Shown: positions 31,992 through 43,087 of the stretch, one piece after another
How the letters are laid out: every line of letters starts with the position of its first letter
How positions within the stretch are numbered: position 1 is the first letter of the stretch
NCBI GenBank assembly: GCA_963717525.1
Contig: OY970343.1
Location: 736,001-800,000 of the forward strand
Length of the DNA: 64,000 nucleotides
From: an uncultured Methanoregulaceae archaeon
GTDB lineage: Archaea > Halobacteriota > Methanomicrobia > Methanomicrobiales > Methanospirillaceae
Direction: 5' to 3'
Translations under genes and position numbers: made by a program
Notes under the pieces: generated by a model
What the model was told of the DNA's origin: nothing
What the model saw: only the letters and a program-made list of their open reading frames with translations
Database searches by the model: none

Positions 31992-33058
31992 ATGAACGCC
32001 CACCCATTTACCGGAAATGTATGCCGGTTGACCTGCCTCCTGCTGCTTGTCTGTGCATTGTATATGCCGTGCGCAGCAGCGATCACCCTCTCGCCCGGAA
32101 GTTCCGGGTCGATTGCCACCATCGCGCAGGGAGACCCGGTCACGATCAGCGGCATCGCCACCGGCCACCCGCAGGTAGGGCTCCAGATATGGTTCATCGG
32201 GTACAATTTTGCCAAAGTTACCACCGTGCAGGTCAACAACGACAACACCTACGAGTACGATTCAGGGGTACCGATACTGCCAACCTTGCGCCCGGACAGT
32301 ACTTTGTCCTTGTCCAGCACCCTATGATGAACGGTCAGTTCGATATCGTTTATGACGCTTCGTCCGGTACCGTCAAAAATGTCCAGACCGGGAAAAGTAT
32401 CTACCAGTTCACCGGCAGCGGCAGCCTCCAGAGTACGGATTCCATTACCGCGCTGATGAGCGCGATCGGGAGCCAGAACATCGATGACACCTTTGCCATG
32501 GTTACGTTCTTTGTCAGCACGCCGACTGTGGCGGTCAACTCGATCGGCGACATCCCGCAGGGAGAGAACTTTAACCTGAACGGGACGACAAGCCTTGCCG
32601 CGGGAGACAACCTGATGGTCGATATCACGTCGTCTTCATTTTCCCCGACCTCAAAGAGTACATCTTACGGTTTCTCCGGTGCCGGGGGCATGGTCACGGT
32701 GATGCCCGGTAGTGCCGGCCAGAACACCTGGTCGTTTACCGTGGATACATCCACGTTTACTCCCGATGAGTACCTGATAATGGTCAGTGCGGTCACCCAG
32801 AGCGCAACCGCCTCCGGAAAGTTCACGGTGGTCCCGGCCTCATCCTGCAGCAGCTCCGGGGAGACCTGTCCGATCCCCGGCCTTGCCTCCTCCAATGCAA
32901 CATCTGCCGGGACAACGGCCGCAGTTTCCGGTAACAGCACCCCGGCGGTACCGACCACAACCGTGATCCCCGCCACTACTACGCAGAGCGCCCCGGTGCC
33001 TGCAGTGGTATGCCTGGGTGGTATCGCAGCGTTTCTTCTGATCCGCAAAAGTACCTGA
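31992..33058 (+). CDS. Cell-surface protein with C-terminal sorting-type anchor (apparent frameshift near 32265)
   Basis: The signal peptide in 31974..32327 continues into the 31847..33058 frame (GQYFVLVQHPMMNG). Thr-rich linker and tail TTQSAPVPAVVCLGGIAAFLLIRK. Confidence 0.75.
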
Positions 33059-33069
33059 AAATTTCTTTT

Positions 33070-34501
33070 TTACCAGCCCAGAAACAGCGTTTTTGTCTGT
33101 GTGTAACTGTCCAGCGCGTGAAAACCGTTCTCCCTGCCGATCCCGCTCTCGTTTGTCCCGCCGAACGGAACCTCGGGGGGCACGGTAAGGTGGCGGTTCA
33201 CCCAGATGATCCCGGCATGCACGTTTTGGAACACCTCTTTTACCGTCGGGAGATCCCGGGTCCAGACCGATGCGCCAAGGCCGTACTGCGACCTGTTCGC
33301 TTCACGGATGGCTGTGCCGAGATCAGGGACGGTCATCACCGGTAGGTACAGGCCCGAAGATCTCGTCCCTGAGCACCGCGGCATCGGGAGGCACATCCGC
33401 GATCAGGGTCGGGCGGTAGAAGAAGCCGTTTTCGTATTCTTTCCCGGTCACCGGGGAGCCACCGGTCAGGATCTTCCCTTCCGCCCGGTTGGTAGCCTCC
33501 TGCACAACATTTGAGATCCGGTCCATCTGGGCGGCATTGTTGAGCGGGCCCATTTCCGTTCCCGCCAGGAGGCCGTTTCCGATCTTAATGCTTTCCACCC
33601 GGGTCGTGAGCAGGTGCATGAACTCCCCGGCTATCTTCTCGTGCAGGTACAGCCTTTTCACCGCTGTACAGATCTGGCCGGCGTTGTAGAACCGCCCGCG
33701 GAGTGCCCCTTCAACTGCTCGTGGGATATCAGCATCGGCCATGACGATCATCGGGTCGGAGCCTCCCAGCTCCAGCGTGAGTGCCTTAAGATGATCGCCG
33801 GCGAGCGCGCGTATCCGGTGGCCGGTCGCACAGTTCCCGGTAAAGGAGATCTTCTTTATTTTCGCGTGACGTACCAGCGCCTCTCCAACCATCTCTCCCG
33901 TCCCGGTCACGACATTGAGCACGCCGGCTGGCAGACCGGCTTCCTGCAACAGTCCGGCTATTTTGAGGTTCGTGAGCGGTGTCGTGGACGCCGGCTTGAG
34001 GACAAGGCTGTTGCCCGCAAGCAGTGCCGGCCCCACCTTCCAGCCCATAATGAGCACCGGCATATTCCAGGGAATGATCGCGCCGCAGACACCGAGTGGA
34101 ACCCTGGTCACCAGGCAGTCCCCGGCCTTACCGAGATTTACTGTCTCACCGGCAGGTTGCCCGGCGATGGAGGCATAGTATTCGAGGATGTTTGCGCACC
34201 CCCTCACCTCGTCTATGGATTCGTGGAGTGGTTTTCCCTGCTCCCGGGTCAGGAGCTCTGCCAGCTGCTTATGGTCCCGGCGAACCATCTCCGCGGCGCG
34301 GGCGAGAAGGAGCCCGCGGTCCCGCATGGTCTTTTCCGACCACGCACCAAACGCCGCATCCGCCGCTTCGACTGCCGCATCCACATCGTCCCGGGACCCC
34401 CGGGGGACACGGTCAACAGATTCGCCGGTTGCCGGGTTCTTTACATCGATCCATGTTGCATTGGCAGCAGGAGCCGCCTTCCCGTTGATGAGCATCTCCA
34501 T
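33070..34501 (-). CDS. NAD(P)-dependent aldehyde dehydrogenase (apparent frameshift near 33345)
   Basis: PWNMP, FTG, LELGG, NAGQIC, EIFGPV; C-terminal PFGG..SGIGRE in 33070..33396. Confidence 0.92.
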
Positions 34502-34588
34502 AGAAACGATCCCCTGTTTTCTTTGTATCCACCCTATGCAGGAACTGTCCGCAAGCAGTCTATAAAATGGCAGCGGTAATCCTGCCTT

Positions 34589-36488
34589 TCACCGGTTGCA
34601 GGACGAGGGCGTGCCGGGTTCAATGGTGTCGGACGAAAGGTTCCGTATCCTGCCGGTCAGGGCGGTGCTGTAGGCCCCTGACCGGTCGAGATGAACCTTA
34701 AACGCCGGGCTTTGTACGAGCTCGATGAGGGTGACAATCCGGGGATCGGACAGCATCTCCCGGCGCATCACCAGTTCGTACTGTTCCTGTGCAACCGGTA
34801 AAAACAGCAGACCGTGGGAGGTGGCAAGCCCTTCGGAGCAGATCCCTGCATCGGCTTGCCCGGCCCTGACTGCGGCAGCAACGGCCCCGGGGGTAGCCGC
34901 CTCATTCTCATAGCCCCGTATCCGGGACGGCGGAAGGTGGTGCGATGCGAGTAGGGCATCGAAGAGAAGCCGGGTCGGGGTGTCACGGCGCGAGTTGACC
35001 CAGCAGACAGCATCAAGTGCGTCGGGCCGGATCTCTTTTGCCGAGACGATGCCCTGTTCCTGGGTCGCGATATTGACAAAGACAAGGTCCATCGACTCCA
35101 GGTACGGCACCAGCGTCTTGCATTCCCGTATGATGGAGAACGCCGGCAGGCTCATCGGCGCAGCATGGCATGAGTTCCTCTTCAGAGGCTAAAATGGCAC
35201 TCGTGTTGCCGGCGCTTGCCGTGTGGATGAAGAGGCCCTGGTCGTGGGCAAGATTTCCCAGCTCTTCGAGAACCGGGTCAATCGCACCTGAAAAAATGAG
35301 GGTCCGCTCGATGTTCGCCGGATCGGTCGTGAGAAAAACATCCAACTCGTGCTCCGCATCGTACCCTTCCACCCGGGCCGGGATGTGCGTGTAGCCGTTT
35401 GACCTGACGGTTGCCATCTGAACTACCGCGCCCCGCGAACGGGCGATCCCCCAGTACTTGTCGTTGATCCTCCCGACCGAGACAGGGATAAACTCGTCAA
35501 AGCCGATATCTGATGAGAGCGGGGTCGCAAGCCGTGCCCGGACAGAGTAATTTGGGAACGGGGCAAGTCCCCAGTATTCGAGGAGCGGGACGGCAAATTC
35601 GCGAAGCACGGTCTGGGCCGCTAGCGGGTAGCCGGGGAGGCCGATGACCGGCGTCCCGTGGATTTTCCCCAGCATCATCGGCTTGCCCGGCTTGACGGCG
35701 ACGCCGTGGAAGATCAGCTCACCGATCGCCGAGATCGCCCCCGCGGTAAAATCCCGGGTCCCGGCAGAGGACCCGGCCGAGATGATGACGAGATCGTTTG
35801 TCTCTGCGGCATGGCCAAGCGCTTCTTCGATAAGCACGGGGTCGTCCCGGACGATCGGCAGGCGCATGCACGTGGCTCCCATCGATTCGAGGAGCACCTG
35901 CGTCATGAGGGTATTGCTCTCCACAACCTGCCCGGGCTGCGGCCGGACACCAAGAGGGACGAGTTCGCTCCCGGTAGGGATGATACCAACCTGTGCTGAG
36001 GTCACTTCAATGTCGGCGATCCCGTAGGTCGCAAGGGCCCCGATATCAAAGGCCCGTATCACATGTCCCTTGGGTAAGACGAGCCTGCCCTCCCGGATAT
36101 CCTCCCCGGCAGGACGCACGTGCTGCCACGGGGCGGCGCTTTTCCGGATCTGGAACCTCCCCCCGGTTTCCCACGTGTCCTCGATCATGATCACGGCATC
36201 GAATTCAGGGGGGAGGATGTTGCCGGTATTGACCCGGGCAACATCATCGAGGGTCACCGGGCACTGGTCGGATGCCCCGAGCGTATCGCGGCTCTTTACG
36301 GCAATGCCGTCCATGGCCGCGAGGTTAACCTCGGGCACCGAATACCGGGCATAGACCGGGGTGGCAATCACTCGTCCGAGCGCCCGGGTGACCGGGACTG
36401 TTTCCGTGCGCCCGGGAATATCAAACGAACTTTTGAGAAGACCCAGCGCCTCATCAAAGGAGACAAGCGAGAGGTAGCGTTTTACCAT
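34589..36488 (-). CDS. moeA: Molybdopterin molybdotransferase MoeA with C-terminal PBP domain (apparent frameshift near 35185)
   Basis: AMDGIAV, GEDI, PTGSEL, KPGKP, GLPGYP; PBP-like tail (AVRAGQADAGI, EQYEL). Confidence 0.88.
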
Positions 36489-36550
36489 GCTGTATCACCG
36501 GTGTGGTTCTTTCCATAAGAGGCGGGTGAAAAAAGAATATTTCGGAGCAT

Positions 36551-36670
36551 CTCTGGTGATCCCTGTCGCCGTTTGGCCAGTTCAGTACCCTATCCCGGTG
36601 ATCCACAATAAAGAATTCGGTACTGTACCGGGATAGGGTAAGAATACTGAGACAGACGGGTTCCAGCAGA
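36551..36670. other. Long imperfect inverted repeat between divergent moeA and trx genes
   Basis: Perfect 14-bp IR TACCCTATCCCGGT (36586-36599) / ACCGGGATAGGGTA (36627-36640), extended by outer imperfect pairing. Confidence 0.65.
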
Positions 36671-36829
36671 TTCCGGGTGGACGTTTTCCAACAGCTGCAC
36701 GTCAGACCTGCAACAATTTATCAGGATCCCTCCCGTCAAATCTCCTTGCACCCTCTTTTGGTGAGTATGGATAGTGAGGAGGACAAACTATAAGAGTAGG
36801 ATTTTCACATCACTGGATAATAGGTGTGG

Positions 36830-37235
36830 CATGGAAGGCACAATGACCCCGGATCCGCTTCCTGATGCGTCCGATCTCACGTGGGAGGCTCTCGTGGAGA
36901 AAGAGAAGAAACCCGTTGCAGTCATGTTCTACAGCCCGACCTGCCCGTTCTGCCACCAGATAGAGCCCTACTTCAGGAACTATGCAGCAGAATACCGGGA
37001 GACCGTTACTTTTGTCCGGCTCAATATTATTATCAACCCGTGGACGGCCGAGCGGTACGGGGTGCGGAGCACGCCGACCTTCAAGTTCTTCTGTGATGGT
37101 AAGCCGGTGCAGGAGATGGTGGGTGCGGTGTACCCTGCCCTGCTCAAGAAGATGATCGACGAGGTGCTCCTGCACGGGAAAGAGTGTGCGAAGAATTCAA
37201 CCGCGATCGATTACGAGATCACCGGCTATGGCTGA
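36830..37235 (+). CDS. Thioredoxin-family protein
   Basis: FYSPTCPFC and YGVRSTPTF. Confidence 0.88.
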
Positions 37236-37268
37236 AGCCCGGTAAAAATATCTTTTAAAAAACTGCGA

Positions 37269-38483
37269 TCAGATGGTTCTCCGGCACCCGGAGGACTCTG
37301 CCGCTTGTGCGACTGCCTGTGCCACCGCCCGGGTTACACTCTTGTCAAGGATGCTGGGGAGAATATGTCCCCGGTGCGGTTTTTGGACACATCCGGCGAT
37401 AGCGTGGGCGGCAGCTACCTTCATCTCGTCGGAGATTCGGGTGGCACAGGCATCGAGCGCCCCGCGGAAGATGCCCGGGAAGGCGAGCACATTGTTGATC
37501 TGGTTCGGGAAATCACTCCGGCCGGTGCCGACCACGGCTGCCCCTGCCTCTGTTGCTGCGTCCGGCCAGATCTCCGGCACCGGGTTTGCCATCGCAAAGA
37601 CAATCGGGTTCCTGTTCATCGATCGGATCATCCTCTGCGTAATAATCCCGGGAGCCGAGACGCCGATAACCGCGTCCGCTCCTTCCATAGCATCTGTAAG
37701 CGAGCCCGTCCTGCCTGCATGGTTGGTCTCCTCGCTCAAAATGAACTTGTACTTGTTCTTGTAAAGTCCCTCACGCCGGCGGTGGATGATACCCTGTGTG
37801 TCGCAGACCGTGATCTCGCGGACTGTGGTGCAGACGAGCGGGTCGTAGCCGATGCACTTGAGGAGCCGGGTGATGGAGTAGCCTGCCGCCCCTGCGCCGC
37901 AGACCACGATATTGAGATCCTCAAACGTCCTCCCGGTGACTCGGCAGGCATTCAGGAGCGCCGCGAGTACGACCACCGCGGTGCCGTGCTGGTCGTCATG
38001 CATGACCGGTATCCCGATATCCTGCAGGGCGTCTTCGACTTCGAAGCATTTCGGGGCGGCGATGTCTTCGAGATTGATCCCGCCAAAGACCGGTGCGATG
38101 TTTTTTACCTGGTCGACAAAATCGGTCTCATAATTCTCAAAGCAGATGGGAAACGCGTCGATGCCAGCGAACTCCTTGAAGAGAATTGCCTTCCCCTCCA
38201 TCACCGGAATGGCAGCATACCCGCCGATATTCCCGAGTCCGAGGACCGCCGATCCGTCCGTCACGATTGCAATGGTATTTGCCTTGAGTGTATAGCGGTA
38301 CGCAAGGTTCCTGTCCTGCCCGATCCGGCGACAGACCTCGGCAACGCCCGGGGTATAGGCACGGGAGAGGTCGTACCGGTTCCGGAGCGGGACCTTGGAC
38401 CGGATCTCCAGTTTCCCGTGATACCGTGCGTGGAGTGCGAGGGATTCCCGGTAGATCTCATCGCGGTCGGCGGTACCCGGCAT
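37269..38483 (-). CDS. NAD(P)-dependent malic enzyme
   Basis: YTPGVA, VLGLGNIG, PVMEGK, NLEDI, HDDQHGTA, GAGAAG, NQINNVLAFPG. Confidence 0.94.
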   Translation of the reverse strand: MPGTADRDEIYRESLALHARYHGKLEIRSKVPLRNRYDLSRAYTPGVAEVCRRIGQDRNLAYRYTLKANTIAIVTDGSAVLGLGNIGGYAAIPVMEGKAILFKEFAGIDAFPICFENYETDFVDQVKNIAPVFGGINLEDIAAPKCFEVEDALQDIGIPVMHDDQHGTAVVVLAALLNACRVTGRTFEDLNIVVCGAGAAGYSITRLLKCIGYDPLVCTTVREITVCDTQGIIHRRREGLYKNKYKFILSEETNHAGRTGSLTDAMEGADAVIGVSAPGIITQRMIRSMNRNPIVFAMANPVPEIWPDAATEAGAAVVGTGRSDFPNQINNVLAFPGIFRGALDACATRISDEMKVAAAHAIAGCVQKPHRGHILPSILDKSVTRAVAQAVAQAAESSGCRRTI

Positions 38484-38775
38484 TTTGTTCCTTCCTGTAC
38501 GAAAAGAGCGTAGCGAAACGTAATGAACCTTCTGAACCGGATATGATGGCTCCCTGCTTTACCCAGAGGGATGTTTCTGATGGAAAAACAGGTTGTCCCT
38601 CATCCGGATGGTTCATTGGGCACCGCACAATGATAATGGTGGTGGATCCTAGGCATTTTTCAGGAAAAAGGGATCGGTTTTTGCCCGGTACAGATCCCTC
38701 TTTATTTTCGGTCATAACCGCGTTCCGATGCCTTATGAGATTCAGGGTGACACAAACAGGACCAGATAAAAGGAG

Positions 38776-38847
38776 CGCCTCGGCCGGGATTCGAACCCGG
38801 GTCAAAAGCTCCGGAGGCTTCTAGGATGTCCACTACCCTACCGAGGC
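38776..38847 (-). tRNA. tRNA-Arg(CCG)
   Basis: Cloverleaf: acceptor GCCTCGG/CCGAGGC, anticodon arm GAAGC-CTCCGGA-GCTTT, T arm CCGGG-TTCGAAT-CCCGG. TATA-like TTTATA about 30 nt upstream. Confidence 0.95.
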
Positions 38848-38904
38848 TGATTTTACCTTACTTAATCTTGTGTGCTTCCATATAAATGCAAAGGATTGCC
38901 GGGA

Positions 38905-39934
38905 TCACAGGTTTTTTACCTGGTAGAGGTGCCAGATCTTGCAGGCGCCCTCGTGACTGACCATGCAGGGCCCGACCGGGGTCCGGGGAGTGCAGACCTT
39001 CCCGAAAAGCTTACAGTCTGTTGGCTGAGCAATACCCCGCAGGACCCGGTCACAGATGCAGGCCGAGTGCTTGCTCACTCTCCGGTACACAATGTCGAAC
39101 TTCTTCTGGGCGTCGTACTGCTCAAACTCCTTTTTGAGCCTGAGCCCGGACTGCGGGATGACCGGGAATCCCCGCCACTCTACGTCGGAGGGCTCGAAGA
39201 CTTCGTACATGATCTTCTTTGCCTTGAGGTTTCCTTCCCTGGAGACCGCACGCGGGTACGCGTTGTCCACCCGGTGCTTGCCCTCGCGGATCTGTTCGAC
39301 AAGCATGACCAGGCCAAGCAGGATATCCTCGGCTTCGAAGCCGGCGACGACCTGCGGGACCGGGAACTGCTCGGTACTCCTCGTAGCCCATTATCGTGCA
39401 GACATGGCCCGGAAGGACAAAGCCGTCAAGTTTTGCCTCGCCCTGCTCAAGCAACCATTTCATCGCCGGGGGAACTACCCGGTGGCAGGAGAGGATCGAG
39501 AAGTTCCCCGGGGGCCTGCCAAGAATGGAGGCGGCGGCGGTCGGGGCGGTGGTCTCGAAACCGACCGAGATAAAGACAACCTCCTTATTGGTCTTTGTGG
39601 CGATCTCGACGGCCTTGTGGATCCCCTGCACGATCCGCACGTCACCGCCGCAGGACTCTAAAGACCCTTTCGAGCCGGGCACCCGGAGTAGGTCGCCGTA
39701 GGTCGCGATGATGCAGTCCTTTTCCACGAGGTCGAGCGCAGCATCGATCTCGCCCTGCGGCGTGATGCAGACCGGGCAGCCGGGTCCCATGACGATCTTC
39801 AGCTGCGGCGGCAGGATGCTGCGCAGGCCTGTGCGGGCAATGGCCGCCTCGTGGGTACCGCAGATGTGCATGAAGGTCATATCCCGGTCCATCAGCCCGC
39901 GGAGTGTTGCTGCTATCTCGTTTTCCGTCGCCAT
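38905..39934 (-). CDS. hypD: Hydrogenase maturation protein HypD (apparent frameshift near 39375)
   Basis: MHICGTH, GPGCPVC, GFETT, PGHV, GPCMVSHEGAC. Confidence 0.94.
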
Positions 39935-39979
39935 GCTATCTCATACTTATTTAGAACCCTGCAACATAAGTATACGTAT

Positions 39980-41011
39980 ATGAGTGACAACCTGCTCTTC
40001 GCCGTTGCAACCATCATTGCCGGTCTTGCCGTCGCGGGAATCGCGCGTATGGTCGTGCGGTGGCTGGAGAAGTTTGCCGAGACCACCGAGACAAAATGGG
40101 ACGACATCATCGTCGCCGCGATCGGTACGCCGGTGCAGGTCGGTATTGTCGCCATCTCAATCTACATCGCCCTTAAGGATTTCGACATCATCCCGGCGCA
40201 GTACGCCTGGGTTCTTTCGGACAAGGTGCTCAATTCGATCTATATCCTGCTTGGGACGTGGATCGCGTCCTCCCTCCTTCATGACATCATCCGTATCTAC
40301 GGGCGGGAACTGGCCGAAATGACCGAAGGAGATACCGATGACCGTATTATCGATCTTCTTGAACTTGCTGTGCGCTACGTGGTCTGGTTTGCCGGGATCA
40401 TGCTGGTCTTTGTCAACCTCGAGATCAACATTACTCCCTTCCTCGCCGGTGCAGGTATCGCCGGCCTCGCCCTTGCCCTCGCTGCCCAGGACCTGATCTC
40501 CAACTTCTTCGGCGGCGCGATCATCACGGTCGACAAGCCGTTCAAGATCGGCGACCGTATTGAGGTTGACACCTACTACGGGGATGTCATGAGCATCGGG
40601 ACGCGAAGCACGAGAATCAAAACGATCGATGGGAAGATCGTAATCCTCCCCAACAGCAAGATCACCTCGAACAGCGTGGTGAACTTCTCGGAACCCGACC
40701 CGAGGGTCCGGTATACCGTCCCTGTTACCGTTGCGTACGGGAGCGATTTCGTCCGGGTCAGGCAGGTGCTCGCCGAAGTCGTGCAGGATGCCATCAAAAA
40801 CACGGAATATTTTGCTGCCGAGCCGGCGCCGAAGATCTTCTTCCAGGAGTTCGGGGAGTCGAGCCTTAAATTTGTAATCCACGTCTGGGCAAAGGCATAC
40901 AATATCCCGGATGAGGTCAAGGATGCCATCAATGTCCGGATAGCGGCACGGTTTGCTGCGGAGGGTATCGAGATCCCGTTCCCGCAGCTCGATGTCCATA
41001 TGAGAAAATAA
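39980..41011 (+). CDS. Small-conductance mechanosensitive channel
   Basis: GIAGLALALAAQD, KPFKIGD, IGTRST, IEIPFPQ. Confidence 0.92.
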   Translation: MSDNLLFAVATIIAGLAVAGIARMVVRWLEKFAETTETKWDDIIVAAIGTPVQVGIVAISIYIALKDFDIIPAQYAWVLSDKVLNSIYILLGTWIASSLLHDIIRIYGRELAEMTEGDTDDRIIDLLELAVRYVVWFAGIMLVFVNLEINITPFLAGAGIAGLALALAAQDLISNFFGGAIITVDKPFKIGDRIEVDTYYGDVMSIGTRSTRIKTIDGKIVILPNSKITSNSVVNFSEPDPRVRYTVPVTVAYGSDFVRVRQVLAEVVQDAIKNTEYFAAEPAPKIFFQEFGESSLKFVIHVWAKAYNIPDEVKDAINVRIAARFAAEGIEIPFPQLDVHMRK

Positions 41012-41077
41012 TCTTTTTTGGGATTTGTGTGGGACCGGGAAACCGGTCCCATAGTATGAATAATTAAAAAAAAGAGA

Positions 41078-41197
41078 ATTACGATGCTTCCCCGCCTCAG
41101 GGCCCCTCCGGGGCACGGCGGGGCAAGTGAATAACAACACATGTTCACGGACTTTGATCCGCCGCGGGGGCGCCCCTTCCGGGGCGGCGGTCCCCAC
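41078..41197. repeat. Dispersed structured element, copy B (inverted relative to copy A)
   Basis: The reverse complement aligns to 30882..30996 in two blocks around a divergent middle. Confidence 0.75.
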
Positions 41198-41332
41198 CGT
41201 ACCTGTTAGTATATGGGATGCAACTCTCTTGGTCGTTGAAAGATTTTTGTGAGAAAATTTACGTTTCTGCGTCCCCTCTCCCAACACCGGATCAGCACGT
41301 TTATGGGTATCCTCCCCTCCATTCTCATTTTG

Positions 41333-42046
41333 ATGCTGGGCATTTCTACCCTCTGCCTCCACCACGAACCACTCCCGCTTGCACTGGAAAGAATTACCGA
41401 GGTCACCGGATCAATTGAGGTGATGGACGAAGGGCTTCATTTCCTGAAAAACGCCGAACCGCTCCTCTCCCACTCCTGCATCTTCTCGATCCACGCGCCC
41501 TGCCGGGGGACCAACCTTGCAAGCCTGCTGGAGCCGATCCGCCGGGCAAGCGTTGTCGTGATGGAGGAATGCTTTGCGATCGCCGCGGAAGTGGACGCAG
41601 CGATCGTGGTGCATCCCGGCTATTTCGCGTGGCCCGAAGAAAGGGTACAGGCAGAGCAGCAGCTTGAGCGGTCGCTTGCGGAACTCTCCACTGCCGCACG
41701 GGAATACGGGGTTTCATACTCGGTCGAAAACATGGGCAACTGGGAGTATTTCTTCTTAAAGACCCCGGAAGAGCTCCCGCTGATTGGTGGCTGCGGCTTC
41801 ACTCTTGATGTAGGGCATGCGCACCAGAATCACTGCCTTGGATCATTCCTCACCTGCCCGGCTCAGCACTACCACCTCCACGACAATGATTCCACGACCG
41901 ACTCGCATCTGGCGGTGGGGAAGGGCACGATTGATTTTACGGTTGTAATGGCGGCGGTGAAGAAAGGTGGCGGCTCCCCGGTAATTGAGGTCGCGGATTT
42001 CGATGGCGCTATCAAAAGCCTACACGTGCTGGAAAAGATGCTGTAA
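41333..42046 (+). CDS. Xylose isomerase-like TIM-barrel protein (sugar phosphate isomerase/epimerase family)
   Basis: HAP, VHPG, VENM, LDVGHA, HLHDN, H..GKGTIDF, VIE. Confidence 0.88.
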   Translation: MLGISTLCLHHEPLPLALERITEVTGSIEVMDEGLHFLKNAEPLLSHSCIFSIHAPCRGTNLASLLEPIRRASVVVMEECFAIAAEVDAAIVVHPGYFAWPEERVQAEQQLERSLAELSTAAREYGVSYSVENMGNWEYFFLKTPEELPLIGGCGFTLDVGHAHQNHCLGSFLTCPAQHYHLHDNDSTTDSHLAVGKGTIDFTVVMAAVKKGGGSPVIEVADFDGAIKSLHVLEKML

Positions 42047-42122
42047 AGGTGTGCCGGTCTCTGAGAAACGGGCTGGAATCCGGCGGCATTTTTCGCGGGA
42101 AATCCGGAGGTTTCCGCAATAT

Positions 42123-42130
42123 TTTATAAG
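42123..42130 (+). promoter_or_regulatory. Probable TATA box for the tRNA-Thr transcript
   Basis: TTTATAAG about 29 nt upstream of the tRNA-like segment at 42159. Confidence 0.55.
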
Positions 42131-42158
42131 GTAAACCTACAATGTATCTAGGCAACCT

Positions 42159-42196
42159 GCCTGTATGGCTCAGCCGGTAGTGTTATTCCCTGGTAA
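42159..42196 (+). pseudogene. Degenerate 5' half of a tRNA-Thr(GGT)-like sequence
   Basis: GCCTGTATGGCTCAGCCGGTAGTGTTATTCCCTGGTAA matches the downstream tRNA at about 28/39 positions, including TGGTAA. No T arm and no 3' acceptor strand. Confidence 0.55.
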
Positions 42197-42240
42197 AAAC
42201 CGACTGCTTCCTGACATGTGCACGGTGTAAAGCAGCAAGT

Positions 42241-42314
42241 GCCTAAGTGACTCAGCCCGGCAGAGTACCTCCTTGGTAAGGAGGAAGTCGCGAGTTCAAA
42301 TCTCGCCTTAGGCT
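42241..42314 (+). tRNA. tRNA-Thr(GGT)
   Basis: GCCTAAG/CTTAGGC, D stem ACTC/GAGT, CCTCC-TTGGTAA-GGAGG, GCGAG-TTCAAAT-CTCGC. Confidence 0.95.
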
Positions 42315-42649
42315 TGAATTGAAAAATTCCAGTATTTTGAGTTCTTTTGTTAAACTATCGTTATTTTTTTGTCCGGTTCATATATTTATGAAGTGTAATT
42401 ATGGTTTATCAGGTAAAGGTCAGTCCGGGGCGTATTTTTTCAAGTCTGAATCTCTTTTCAAAAGATTATTCTTTTGAGCAACTACTTTTTTTCAAAAATG
42501 GCAAGCCTCAGTGAGTAATCGGATACAGTGCTCCCGATCAGAAACAGATAAAACAAAATAATGGAGAACTTGAGAGAGAGCAATACATGTCAAAACAGCC
42601 GTATCTTCCGGATAGTGATCGATTAAGCGAAAACTGAAAAATATCCCCT

Positions 42650-42886
42650 TCAGAACAGCTTATGCGGATCCAGGTAGAAATAAACGGATTCCAATAAGAG
42701 TACGGCTGCAAGACAAAGCAGATCAACACTTACAAGAGATTGAATTCTTAACTGATTGATGGTTATCAGTAATTGCCCTGTTTTTGTAATTTTGAATAAA
42801 CTCAGCCCGGCGGCAAAGCAAAAAAAAGCACCGATATAGCACATCCCGGCCAGGCACTTGTTTATAGTAAATAATTTACCCCGCAT
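42650..42886 (-). CDS. Possible small 2-TM protein
   Basis: ORF with two hydrophobic segments in an AT-rich region; no family recognised. Confidence 0.3.
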   Translation of the reverse strand: MRGKLFTINKCLAGMCYIGAFFCFAAGLSLFKITKTGQLLITINQLRIQSLVSVDLLCLAAVLLLESVYFYLDPHKLF

Positions 42887-43087
42887 TATAACTAAACAGT
42901 AAATATAATCATAAATTAATCTTTCCCCTGATTAATGAAAGGAACTTCCCGCAAAAACAAGCCTCAGCCGTGGTAGACTTTTTCCTCCCAATCCTATGAC
43001 GTGACCGGTATTCCCCCCTTTCCGGAGATCTTCGTTTCGGAGAGTCTAAAAAATTGTTGTGGTGCAAAAAGAGAGAAAATCCTGTTT

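Noticed and set aside
36495..36552. Moco riboswitch upstream of moeA (minus strand CTCCGA..GCCTC..GGAAAG)
   Set aside because: Only short motif echoes. The segment is far too short for the multi-stem motif and overlaps a likely promoter.
37305..41365. Long antisense ORFs (for example 37305..38513 and 40157..41365; likewise 24999..26090)
   Set aside because: They mirror well-supported genes in GC-rich DNA and show no domain motifs.
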